Made by a program: the position numbers and the translations under genes. Below are positions 56,161 to 64,000 of a stretch of 64,000 nt of DNA, piece after piece. Below the pieces are notes generated by a model. That model was not told the origin of the DNA and ran no database searches. It worked only from the letters and a program-made list of their open reading frames with translations. Source of the stretch: Candidatus Omnitrophota bacterium (GTDB lineage Bacteria > Omnitrophota > Gorgyraeia > 2-02-FULL-51-18); contig CAMDWQ010000005.1 of assembly GCA_945877765.1 (NCBI GenBank), positions 604-64,603 on the forward strand. The letters are read 5' to 3'. How positions within the stretch are numbered: the stretch's first letter is position 1; each line of letters starts with the position of its first letter.

Positions 56161-57105
56161 TCAAGCGGATACCCCCAAACTAACTAGAGACTGAATAACA
56201 CTTTCGTTGGCAAGTGTCGGAGTTTTTGTTTCTCTTCCCAGGCGCACGATGGCGCCATTGAGCGAATCAATATCAATTTTTTTGCCGCGGCGCACATCCT
56301 GAAGCATCGATGGAAAGTGAGCCGCAGTCCGGGGGATTAATTTACCAACCAACAAATCAATATATTCTTCGGCGCTGGCCGGACTGAGCACCACCCCTTT
56401 CTGTGTTCCCACCGCATAACATTCGCGCACGATAGCTTTCATCATTTCACGCGTATCGTCATTTTCAAGAATTTTTCCATAGGGAATCTCGTGAATTGTG
56501 CAAATGGCGTTGAGCGCGCAATTATAAATCACTTTTGACCAGATATAGGGAAGGATGTCCGGTACCCCCTGTGAGGGAATCTTGGCTGTATTTAAAATCG
56601 CGGCCATCTGGTAAGCGCTGAGTTTTGGGGTGGAGCCTTCGACCCCAGGACCGATATAGACCGAATCCGCATTAACCGTCACTTTGGCAACGCCTGGCTC
56701 GGTCTCGACCCCAAAAATAATACGGCCGGCCAAAAATTGTTCAGGGCTCACTTTTTCTAAAATAGCTTCGATGTTTCCTAATCCATTTTGCAAAGACAGC
56801 AGCATGGTGTGCGGTTTCATTAGCGGCGCCAGCTGTTTTACCGCTTCTTGAGTATCAAAAGATTTAACCGTGAGAATAATAAGGTCAAAGGACGTGCCTG
56901 AATTTTCTACCTCGGCAATCGTGGTGTACAAATCAAATGCTTTGATGCGGTAATCGCCCCAGATACCTGTAATGGCCAGGCCATTTTTGCGAATCGCCTC
57001 GACGTGCCAGGGACGTCCCAAAAGCGAGACTTCATGACCGGTTCTGGCCAGAAAACCACCCACGACGCTGCCGACACCGCCGGCGCCAAAAATGAGGACC
57101 TTCAT
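56161..57105 (-). CDS. panE: 2-dehydropantoate 2-reductase (ketopantoate reductase)
   Basis: 'MKVLIFGAGGVGSVVGGFLA' Rossmann N-terminus. ApbA/PanE-length protein. Confidence 0.75.
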   Translation of the reverse strand: MKVLIFGAGGVGSVVGGFLARTGHEVSLLGRPWHVEAIRKNGLAITGIWGDYRIKAFDLYTTIAEVENSGTSFDLIILTVKSFDTQEAVKQLAPLMKPHTMLLSLQNGLGNIEAILEKVSPEQFLAGRIIFGVETEPGVAKVTVNADSVYIGPGVEGSTPKLSAYQMAAILNTAKIPSQGVPDILPYIWSKVIYNCALNAICTIHEIPYGKILENDDTREMMKAIVRECYAVGTQKGVVLSPASAEEYIDLLVGKLIPRTAAHFPSMLQDVRRGKKIDIDSLNGAIVRLGRETKTPTLANESVIQSLVSLGVSA

Positions 57106-57129
57106 ATGATGAAATACTCCTAAAAAAGT

Positions 57130-57275
57130 GTCGTTCAGTGTCGTTCAATGCCATTCAGCGTCATTCCCGAAAGTTTTAATCGGGAATCAAACTAGGTATG
57201 ATCCCCGATAAATAAATTCGGGGATGACATAGGGGTGGCACTGGGATGACACAGGAGTGGCACTGGGATAACTCA
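57130..57275. repeat. MITE family A copy with flanking short tandem repeats
   Basis: 'gtcattcccgaaagttttaatcgggaatcaaactaggtatgatccccgataaataaattcggggatgacat'. 'ggggtggcactgggatgacaca' repeated. Confidence 0.55.
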
Positions 57276-57292
57276 AGGGTGCCCATGGGTTG

Positions 57293-57970
57293 CTAAACCC
57301 CAGACTTTTTATAACGGGTTTTGTCAAAAATACCCGCAGAGAAAAACGCTTTTTTTCTTTCCACGCACTTATTGCATTCACCGCAATGCTCGTAGCCTTT
57401 GGGATTCACACAGGAGAACGTAAGCTCTAATTGGAGATTTTTACCTAGCAGGAGGACTTCTTCTTTTTTCATTTTCTGGAAAGGCGCTTTGATCGCGATG
57501 GATTCATCAAGCCCCAGAGAAAGAACATCTTCCATCTTCGCCAAAAATGCCTTTGAGCTGTCTTTAAAAGGATTACCCTTCAAGACTCCTATTTCAATCG
57601 AAGAAATCCCGCTCATGGCGGCCACGCAGGCAGCTTTACAAAGAAACAAAATATTACGTCCGGGCAGATACATCGACTCATCTTTGGATTTGGGACCGGG
57701 CACCTTGATTCCCGTAATGCTCCAGTGCCGGTCATACGTATCGCGCATCGGCAGGTCCACAATTCGTAGAGGCTGGAGCTTGTGGGATTTGAGACTGCGA
57801 TGAAATGACTTAAGCCAGTAAATTTCCGCATCTTCCCAGCGCAGATTGTTGCGAATATAAAGCGGTGTCACCAACTCATAGCGCGAGAGAGCATCCGACA
57901 AAAGAACGGAGCTTTCCACGCCACCCGAAACTAGCACACAAACATGATTTTTGGGAATCTCTTTAGACAT
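57293..57970 (-). CDS. QueC-like PP-loop ATPase (7-cyano-7-deazaguanine synthase family), divergent PP-loop 'SGGVES'
   Basis: 'VCVLVSGGVESSVLL', C-terminal zinc motif 'CGECNKCVERKKAF', '...DKTRY' end typical of QueC. Confidence 0.6.
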   Translation of the reverse strand: MSKEIPKNHVCVLVSGGVESSVLLSDALSRYELVTPLYIRNNLRWEDAEIYWLKSFHRSLKSHKLQPLRIVDLPMRDTYDRHWSITGIKVPGPKSKDESMYLPGRNILFLCKAACVAAMSGISSIEIGVLKGNPFKDSSKAFLAKMEDVLSLGLDESIAIKAPFQKMKKEEVLLLGKNLQLELTFSCVNPKGYEHCGECNKCVERKKAFFSAGIFDKTRYKKSGV

Positions 57971-57972
57971 AC

Positions 57973-59163
57973 TTATGGATTATACTGCAGGCGGACCCTA
58001 AACTTCGAGCCTTTTTGAAGCGTACTTTCGACCTCGATTTTACCCTGATGGCTCTCAACAATATGTTTGGCAATCGAAAGACCCAGGCCGGCGCCTCCGC
58101 TTTCCCGGGAGCGGCTCTTGTCCACGCGGTAAAACCGCTCAAAAATTCTAGGGAGTTCCACCTGGGCAATGCCAGCACCCTCATCGATGAATTCAATTTC
58201 AGCCTGGTCTGCATTGACAGAAGCACGCACGGTAACTTTTCCGCCAGTCGGACTGTATTTAATCGCATTGTCTAAAAGGTTGGAGATTACCCGTTCAAAA
58301 AGCGCCGTGTCGGCTTTTATTAAAAGAGGTTTGGGGGTAATCTGTATTTCAAAACGAATTTTTTTATCTCGGATTTTAAAATCGAGATAGCCCATTACCC
58401 GATCGAGCAGTCCCTGGAAATCCACGGATTGTATCCTCAACGAGTTCGCGCCAGACTCAATCGAGGACAACAACAGCAAGTCTTCGACCAGTTCGCTCAA
58501 TTTTTTGGCATGCTCTTCGATGATGGTAAGAAAATTAATCCGGTTCTGCTTATCATCAATCGCCCCCTCTTTAAGAGTTTCCACATAACCAAGGATGGAG
58601 GTCAGGGGAGTTTTTAATTCGTGAGAAACATTGGCCACAAATTCCGTTCGCACCCGCTCAAGCTCTTTGAGGAGGGTCACATCATGAAATACAGCCACCG
58701 CTCCCAAAAAATTAGCCGCTCCCACAATCGGCGATACTTGGATTTCAAATGTCTTTTCCGACAGGAGAACCGAATGCTCTTTACGGACAACGACACGTTC
58801 GCGCAGACAAGCCTCAATCATTTCATTGACTTCCGAATCCCTGAAAATTTCCCAGAAGTATGCATTTTGAGATAGGCTTTTCTTAAGGCCAAGCGCCTGC
58901 TCAAGCGCCGCATTCAACAGAAGCATTTTTCCCTGCGCATCCACAATGAGGACTCCCTCGGCCATACTCCCGAGGGTTGCCAGAATCCTATCACCCGCTT
59001 CCTGTGCCTGCAGGCTTTTTTTCTCAAGCTGCGTGTGAATCTCTCGCGAGCCAGCGATCGCCTGCCTCTCTACTTTGCGGCGGTGTAAATATTTTCCGAG
59101 AATAAAAAAAATAATCGCACAGAGCAGATAGCCTGCCAGGTAACTAACGGACATGTCGACCAT
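57973..59163 (-). CDS. sensor histidine kinase (TM-PAS-HisKA-HATPase), PhoR-like
   Basis: H-box 'HELKTPLTSILGYVETL', G-boxes 'GGAGLGLSIAK'. Confidence 0.8.
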   Translation of the reverse strand: MVDMSVSYLAGYLLCAIIFFILGKYLHRRKVERQAIAGSREIHTQLEKKSLQAQEAGDRILATLGSMAEGVLIVDAQGKMLLLNAALEQALGLKKSLSQNAYFWEIFRDSEVNEMIEACLRERVVVRKEHSVLLSEKTFEIQVSPIVGAANFLGAVAVFHDVTLLKELERVRTEFVANVSHELKTPLTSILGYVETLKEGAIDDKQNRINFLTIIEEHAKKLSELVEDLLLLSSIESGANSLRIQSVDFQGLLDRVMGYLDFKIRDKKIRFEIQITPKPLLIKADTALFERVISNLLDNAIKYSPTGGKVTVRASVNADQAEIEFIDEGAGIAQVELPRIFERFYRVDKSRSRESGGAGLGLSIAKHIVESHQGKIEVESTLQKGSKFRVRLQYNP

Positions 59164-59848
59164 CCTCGATAAAACGGTATCCCGATCCCCTTACTGTTTC
59201 AATGCTGTCGCGGTACTTTCCCAACTTTTGACGAATACTTTTTACATGCGCATCCACTGAACGATCCACCACAAACGACTCCCCTTGCCATACATGATCC
59301 AAAATTTTATCGCGTGAAAAAACCTTCCCCTGATTTTCCATTAAGAATGCCAGAATATTAAACTCAAGCTTGGTCAAAACCACGGGCTTTGCCTGGACAG
59401 TCACGCGATGGCGCTCGCGATCAAGGACAATGCCGGCCGCCTTTAGAAGAACTGCCCCCTCTTTCTCGATGCTGCGTTGTCCGCGAAGGATATTTTTGAC
59501 GCGCGCCAGGAGCACTTTCACGCTGAAAGGTTTTGAAATGTAATCAGAGGCGCCCAGCTCAAGACCGACCACCTGATCAATTTCGCTGCCCTTGGCAGTG
59601 AGCATTATCACCGGCGTCGAGCGAGTTCGGCTGTCGGATTTAAGTAGGCGGCATACTTCCAAGCCATCGATCCCAGGGAGCATTAAATCCAGGAGAATCA
59701 AATCAGGTTTTTTGGCACGCGCAAGGTCAAGCCCCTGCTCCCCTGTATGGGCACAAAGCACTTGATAGCCTTCTTTTTCGAGATTGTACTGCAGGAGCTT
59801 GGCGATATCCAATTCATCGTCAATGACGAGAATTTGATGTTTGGGCAT
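59144..59848 (-). CDS. OmpR/PhoB-family response regulator
   Basis: REC 'ILVIDDE...DLILLDLMLPGIDG' plus a winged-helix C-terminus. Confidence 0.85.
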   Translation of the reverse strand: MPKHQILVIDDELDIAKLLQYNLEKEGYQVLCAHTGEQGLDLARAKKPDLILLDLMLPGIDGLEVCRLLKSDSRTRSTPVIMLTAKGSEIDQVVGLELGASDYISKPFSVKVLLARVKNILRGQRSIEKEGAVLLKAAGIVLDRERHRVTVQAKPVVLTKLEFNILAFLMENQGKVFSRDKILDHVWQGESFVVDRSVDAHVKSIRQKLGKYRDSIETVRGSGYRFIEDGRHVR

Positions 59849-60549
59849 TATTTTTTCTTTGGGGTACCGAGAATTTCTTTCACCTTCTCTTTAATCTTGT
59901 CGTGGATTTCATCCACGCTTTTATCGGCTTCCACGGCTTCAAAATTAAATTCCTTAGAGAGTTTGTCATATTCTTTGATCAGGGCGGACTGGTAGTTGGC
60001 AAAGCTGTCAAAAAGATCCTGACCCATATGCAAATCCATACCCGCTTCCCAATAGTTCATACCGCCAGCCTCAATGACTCTTGGAATTAAATCTTCGGTT
60101 TTAATTTTAAGATAAATCACTAGGTGCGGAATGATCGCAAAACTAAAAAGGTTCCTGATCCACTGCGCATCCGCGTCGCGCACCGCATCCCGGACAAACG
60201 CCGTATAAATATAACGGTCCGTCAGGACAATATGCCCAGATTTCAACGCCGGAATGATTTGATTTTCAAAACGATCGGCAAAATCGGTAGCATACAGCAA
60301 CGTAAACGTCATGCGATCCATGATGTTTCCGCTTTTGGCCAGCTCAATTGATTTTTGCATGAGATTCGAACGCGCCCAGCCTGTCTCGAGCACAGCGTAG
60401 CCCTGCACTTCCAGCCAGTTTTTTAAAAGCGCGACCTGCGTCGAACGGCCGGTGCCGTCCGTGCCTTCAATCGCGATTAATTTACCCTTGATCTGGTAGG
60501 GCTTAAGATAGGCTAAATTTTCGCCAAAATACTTTGGGTCTTCGGGCAT
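59848..60549 (-). CDS. thymidylate-kinase-like P-loop protein with degenerate Walker A (GTDGTGRST, Lys->Arg)
   Basis: 'IAIEGTDGTGRSTQ', 'TDRYIYTAF' (DRY motif). Paralogue of the next gene. Confidence 0.55.
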   Translation of the reverse strand: MPEDPKYFGENLAYLKPYQIKGKLIAIEGTDGTGRSTQVALLKNWLEVQGYAVLETGWARSNLMQKSIELAKSGNIMDRMTFTLLYATDFADRFENQIIPALKSGHIVLTDRYIYTAFVRDAVRDADAQWIRNLFSFAIIPHLVIYLKIKTEDLIPRVIEAGGMNYWEAGMDLHMGQDLFDSFANYQSALIKEYDKLSKEFNFEAVEADKSVDEIHDKIKEKVKEILGTPKKK

Positions 60550-61231
60550 AAATCGTCCTTTTTTTCAGATATCCCTTCAAATTCTCTTTTACCTTGCCGC
60601 GTACGATTTCCTGCTGGTCGTGAATCTCTAGCGTGGCATCGATGGAGGTCAGAGAAAACTCACCGACCATTTTTTTGTATTCTTCCATGATCTTGCCTTG
60701 AAAAATTTTAAATGATTCCTTGGTATCCTTGGAAAGCTCAAGATCCATCCCCGCCTCGTGAAACTTGATCTGCGCGCGGTTGGTAAGAATGCGCTCGCAG
60801 GCGGTCTGAATCGGCACATCGAAATAAAAGCTAATATCGGGCTTGACCGCAAAATTGTAAAGATTGCGAACCCACTGAGGACTGACGCCGCGCACCGTAT
60901 CGCGCGCAAACGCCGTGTAGGCATAGCGGTCCGCCAGCACAATCATTCCCGCTTTTAGCGGAGGAATAATCTGATAATTTAAGCGGTCAGCAAAATCCGT
61001 CGCATGCAAGAGGCTGAAAGTGGTTGGCGTGAGAATATTTTTCTTTTTCCCGTCGCGCGTGGTTTCTTTGACGAGGTCTGAGCTGTTCCATTCCGTAAAA
61101 AAAACAGAATAGCCTTCTGATTCCAGCCATTTTTTTAAAAGCGCAACTTGCGTGCTCTTCCCCGAACCGTCGACACCTTCGACGATGAAAAGCTTTCCGG
61201 GATATCCATGTTTTTTATCAAATTGGGGCAT
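60503..61231 (-). CDS. thymidylate-kinase-like protein (canonical P-loop EGVDGSGKST)
   Basis: 'FIVEGVDGSGKSTQ', 'ADRYAYTAF'. Possible 47-nt overlap with the upstream paralogue. Confidence 0.6.
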   Translation of the reverse strand: MPQFDKKHGYPGKLFIVEGVDGSGKSTQVALLKKWLESEGYSVFFTEWNSSDLVKETTRDGKKKNILTPTTFSLLHATDFADRLNYQIIPPLKAGMIVLADRYAYTAFARDTVRGVSPQWVRNLYNFAVKPDISFYFDVPIQTACERILTNRAQIKFHEAGMDLELSKDTKESFKIFQGKIMEEYKKMVGEFSLTSIDATLEIHDQQEIVRGKVKENLKGYLKKRTIYARRPKVFWRKFSLS

Positions 61232-61368
61232 CGATTAATCCTTGTAACCATTGTTGATAATTCGTTCAAAAAGACTCATATGCTAGGCGCGAAGAAGAGA
61301 GCGCGGAGACGCTATGGGAATAGCGTCGCACAAGCGAACGACTGAGCAACAACGCAGATGAGGCTTTT

Positions 61369-62376
61369 TCAACGAATTATCTTACCACTAAAAAACGGTT
61401 TTTGTCCAAACCACTGCACACGCAGGCTCGGCTTCACATGCTTGTATTTTAAATACTTTTTGACGATAAGATCCAATATCAATCCTTCTCGTATCCCCTT
61501 GTCAGATATAAAAATACGGTCTTTTTTAAATTGTTTTAAGAGCATCATCACCAAAACACTGCCGGCAATGATTAGATCCGCTCTCTTCTTATCTAGGCCG
61601 GGAATTTTACGAATCCTTTTGATGCTCATGTGGACTAGTTTTCGGTGAAGCTTAGCTAATTCTTTTTTTCGGAGTTCAAAATACCCTCTTAAGCGAAGTG
61701 CGCGCGATTCCCTTATTTCATAAACCATGGACGCTAGATTGATCAGCGTCCCCCCAGTACCCGCCAAAGAAAATTTTTTGCCATTGGCCATCTTCAACAC
61801 ATCGGCTATTTTTTCCTCAATCGATTCTTCAAGGTTACGAAGATTATCCTTCGACGGCGGATTTTTTTTCAAAAAACGATCTTTGAGCCGTGCCACACCC
61901 AAAGGCAGGCTCTCATCCATATCGATGCGCCGACGGTCGCCCAGAACAAATTCAGCACTTCCTCCGCCGATATCGATCACCATTCTCTTTTCTTTCGGAC
62001 GAGCCACACCGGACGACGCTCCCAGAAAAATAAGCCGTCCTTCTTCACGTCCGCTAATCACCCGGACACGGATGCCGGTTTTTTTATAAACAGCTTTCAC
62101 AAATTCAGGCCCATTTTTGGCATCACGGACAGCGCTTGTTGCCACTGCGACCGTTCGCCGAACTCGTTCTAATTTTGAAATTTTTGAAAAACGCTCAATC
62201 GTCTTGAGCGCCCGCTTGATGGCTTGGCGGGAAAGTTTTCGGGACTTAAAACTTCCATCCCCGATGCGGGTCATGTCCTTTTTATGGTCCAAAACCTCAA
62301 ACGAAAGATCGGGATACAGCTGTACGATCTTCATGTGAATAGAGTTGGTGCCGATGTCGAAGATGGCTATTTTCAT
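61369..62376 (-). CDS. Ppx/GppA family phosphatase (exopolyphosphatase/guanosine pentaphosphate phosphohydrolase)
   Basis: 'IAIFDIGTNS', 'DIGGGSAEF' ASKHA phosphate-binding motifs. Confidence 0.75.
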   Translation of the reverse strand: MKIAIFDIGTNSIHMKIVQLYPDLSFEVLDHKKDMTRIGDGSFKSRKLSRQAIKRALKTIERFSKISKLERVRRTVAVATSAVRDAKNGPEFVKAVYKKTGIRVRVISGREEGRLIFLGASSGVARPKEKRMVIDIGGGSAEFVLGDRRRIDMDESLPLGVARLKDRFLKKNPPSKDNLRNLEESIEEKIADVLKMANGKKFSLAGTGGTLINLASMVYEIRESRALRLRGYFELRKKELAKLHRKLVHMSIKRIRKIPGLDKKRADLIIAGSVLVMMLLKQFKKDRIFISDKGIREGLILDLIVKKYLKYKHVKPSLRVQWFGQKPFFSGKIIR

Positions 62377-62417
62377 GGGTTTCAAAGAGCATTTTACCAC
62401 ACCCTCAACCAATTACC

Positions 62418-62540
62418 CCACAACCCCTCCGCCTCCGGCACCTCCCCTTCGTAAGGGGAGGAAATTGTACACCATTTCCCCTCCTTTCGAAGGAGGGGTG
62501 GCGCCGAAGGCGACGGGGTGGTTGAAGGTTGGTTCGGGTT
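62418..62540. repeat. MITE family B copy upstream of the ppx gene
   Basis: 'acaacccctccgcctccggcacctccccttcgtaaggggaggaaattgtacaccatttcccctcctttcgaaggaggggtggcgccgaaggcgacggggtggttga'. Confidence 0.55.
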
Positions 62541-62798
62541 GGTTTAGGAGATCTCGCGCATCCTCATCGGTGAAGCATGATATTTCCGGCAACACTGGGT
62601 TTCGTGGCTATCATGCTTAGGCTTCTCTTCTATTTCTTCGATCAATTGGCCCAGCATTTCATTCTCTCTTTTCAAAGTGGCGATTACCACTTCACGCTCA
62701 AACATAGGCGTTTCTCCTTTTTTGTCTTTTTTTGTCATCATGAGATTACCGAATCTCTATAAGCATCAGATGAACATTTCATGATTTTTCTATGAAAT

Positions 62799-63548
62799 TT
62801 GAGGTATCCTATTGTCATGGAAATCCAGGGAAAGACAGCCCTCGTCACAGGGGCCGCCAAGCGTGTCGGTAGAGTCATCGCTCTTCAATTGGCCCAAAAA
62901 GGGGCTGATATCGTCCTGCATTACCACAATTCCAAAGAGGAAGCCCTTAGCACCCAAAAGGAAATTAAGGCGATAGGTGTCCACTGCCATTTGGTCCAGG
63001 CGGATCTCGCGCACGCCCAGCCCATTCATCACATGACTCAAGATCTAGAAAAAAACAAAATTAAAATTGATATCTTGATCAACAGCGCCTCTATTTTTTA
63101 CAAGACTCCCCTGCCCACGGTGAGCGAAGCCGACTGGGACCAGCTGATGAATGCCAATCTAAAAAGCTATTTTCTCCTCTCTCGCGAAATCGGCCTAGCC
63201 ATGAAAGAACACGGTAGTGGAAAAATCATCAACATCGTCGACTGGAGCGCTTTTCGCCCGTACAAAGATTACCTTCCCTATTGCACCTCCAAGGGAGGCT
63301 TGCTGACAATGACCAAAGCCCTGGCACGCGACCTAGCCCCAACCGTATGCGTCAATGCCATAGCCCCAGGTCCCGTCCTGCAACCTGAAAAATTATCCGA
63401 AGAAGAAATGCAGGAAACGATTAAAAAAATCCCCCTAGGCCGCTGGGGAAAACCCGAAGATGTCGCGAACGCCGTCAATTTCCTCGTGGAAAGCGATTAT
63501 ATCAACGGCACAGTTTTAGTAGTCGATGGCGGGCGGTCGATAGTATAA
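62799..63548 (+). CDS. SDR-family oxidoreductase (pteridine/sepiapterin-reductase-like position next to queD)
   Basis: 'GKTALVTGAAKRVG' Rossmann motif, catalytic 'YCTSK'. The start may be M7 (62817). Confidence 0.7.
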   Translation: MRYPIVMEIQGKTALVTGAAKRVGRVIALQLAQKGADIVLHYHNSKEEALSTQKEIKAIGVHCHLVQADLAHAQPIHHMTQDLEKNKIKIDILINSASIFYKTPLPTVSEADWDQLMNANLKSYFLLSREIGLAMKEHGSGKIINIVDWSAFRPYKDYLPYCTSKGGLLTMTKALARDLAPTVCVNAIAPGPVLQPEKLSEEEMQETIKKIPLGRWGKPEDVANAVNFLVESDYINGTVLVVDGGRSIV

Positions 63549-63584
63549 TCACGTGAACTGGTGGTAATTTAGAACCCATGCACC

Positions 63585-63680
63585 CCGACGGGTGGCGCCG
63601 GAGGGGAGGCCTCCGCCGCCCGCAGTGAAGAATTACACGAGGACAGGCGGAGTCCCGCAGGTGACAGGACCCGTCGAGCA
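63585..63680. repeat. MITE family C copy between the SDR and queD genes
   Basis: 'ccgacgggtggcgccggaggggaggcctccgccgcccgcagtgaagaattacacgaggacaggcggagtcccgcaggtgacaggacccgtcga' with terminal inverted repeats ccgacgggt/acccgtcg. Confidence 0.55.
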
Positions 63681-63704
63681 CTTACACCGTACTAAGGAGC
63701 ACCC

Positions 63705-64000
63705 ATGTACCAAGTAGTCAAAGAAATCCATTTCTGCTACGGCCATCGCCTCATGAATTACAATGGCAAATGTGCCCATCCTCACGGCCACAACGGAAAG
63801 ATCGAAATTGAGCTGGCCGCTGGCAAGCTCGACAACCGCGGCATGGTCTATGACTTCGGGGATATTAAGGAAATCATCCAAAAATGGGTCGACCACGAAC
63901 TCGACCATCGAATGATTTTGAAAAAAAATGATCCTTTAGTGAAAATCTTAAATGATTTAGGCGAACCCTATTTTCTAATGGATGAAAATCCAACTGCCGA
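63705..64000 (+). CDS. queD: 6-carboxy-5,6,7,8-tetrahydropterin synthase / 6-pyruvoyl-tetrahydropterin synthase (QueD/PTPS), 3' end beyond the window
   Basis: AAGGAG ribosome-binding site. 'EIHFCYGHRLMNYNGKCAHPHGHN' Zn-binding signature. Confidence 0.7.
   Translation, partial: MYQVVKEIHFCYGHRLMNYNGKCAHPHGHNGKIEIELAAGKLDNRGMVYDFGDIKEIIQKWVDHELDHRMILKKNDPLVKILNDLGEPYFLMDENPTA

Noticed and set aside
62544-62741. 65-aa minus-strand ORF upstream of ppx
   Set aside because: It is short, lies partly over the family-B MITE, and has no motif or clear ribosome-binding site. It could be real but is unsupported.

Overview
The window is a gene-dense 64 kb stretch of a bacterial chromosome with roughly 50% GC. 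The lineage is unknown but likely uncultivated, and the cell appears diderm (outer-membrane, Bat and LemA/TPM proteins are present). Nearly every gene is on the minus strand. Housekeeping genes are interspersed: split transketolase, glpK, ilvD, panE, rlmH, cobO/cbiX, queC/queD, a PhoR/PhoB-like two-component pair, Ppx/GppA, tRNA-Arg(TCT) and tRNA-Pro(TGG). A complete BatA-E/MoxR/DUF58 aerotolerance-type operon is present. There are three small toxin-antitoxin pairs: RelE/AbrB, BrnT/BrnA and DUF433/DUF5615. The window is heavily colonised by small non-autonomous repeats. There are at least three MITE-like families (one a hairpin-pair element with a distinctive 'GTCATTCCCGA..TCGGGAATCAAAC' signature) and a 31-bp perfect-palindrome REP family. 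Inverted REP doublets (REPINs) sit next to a REP-associated tyrosine transposase (RAYT) gene. The standout features are two paralogous giant ORFs of 3387 aa (10.2 kb) and 2657 aa (8.0 kb). Both start with a signal/anchor segment and share a ~600-aa N-terminal module of unknown function. Each then carries a string of different modules: a protein-kinase-like module and an M23 peptidase module in the first, a GH77 amylomaltase-like module in the second. The modules are punctuated by a recurring 'A-A-R-L-A' peptide motif embedded in ~100-bp intragenic DNA repeats, which suggests a polyprotein-like or beads-on-a-string architecture. The first giant ORF has absorbed two MITE copies in-frame. It also reads antisense straight through a complete DUF433/DUF5615 TA cassette. 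All calls below are from reading the sequence and from motif knowledge. No database searches were run.
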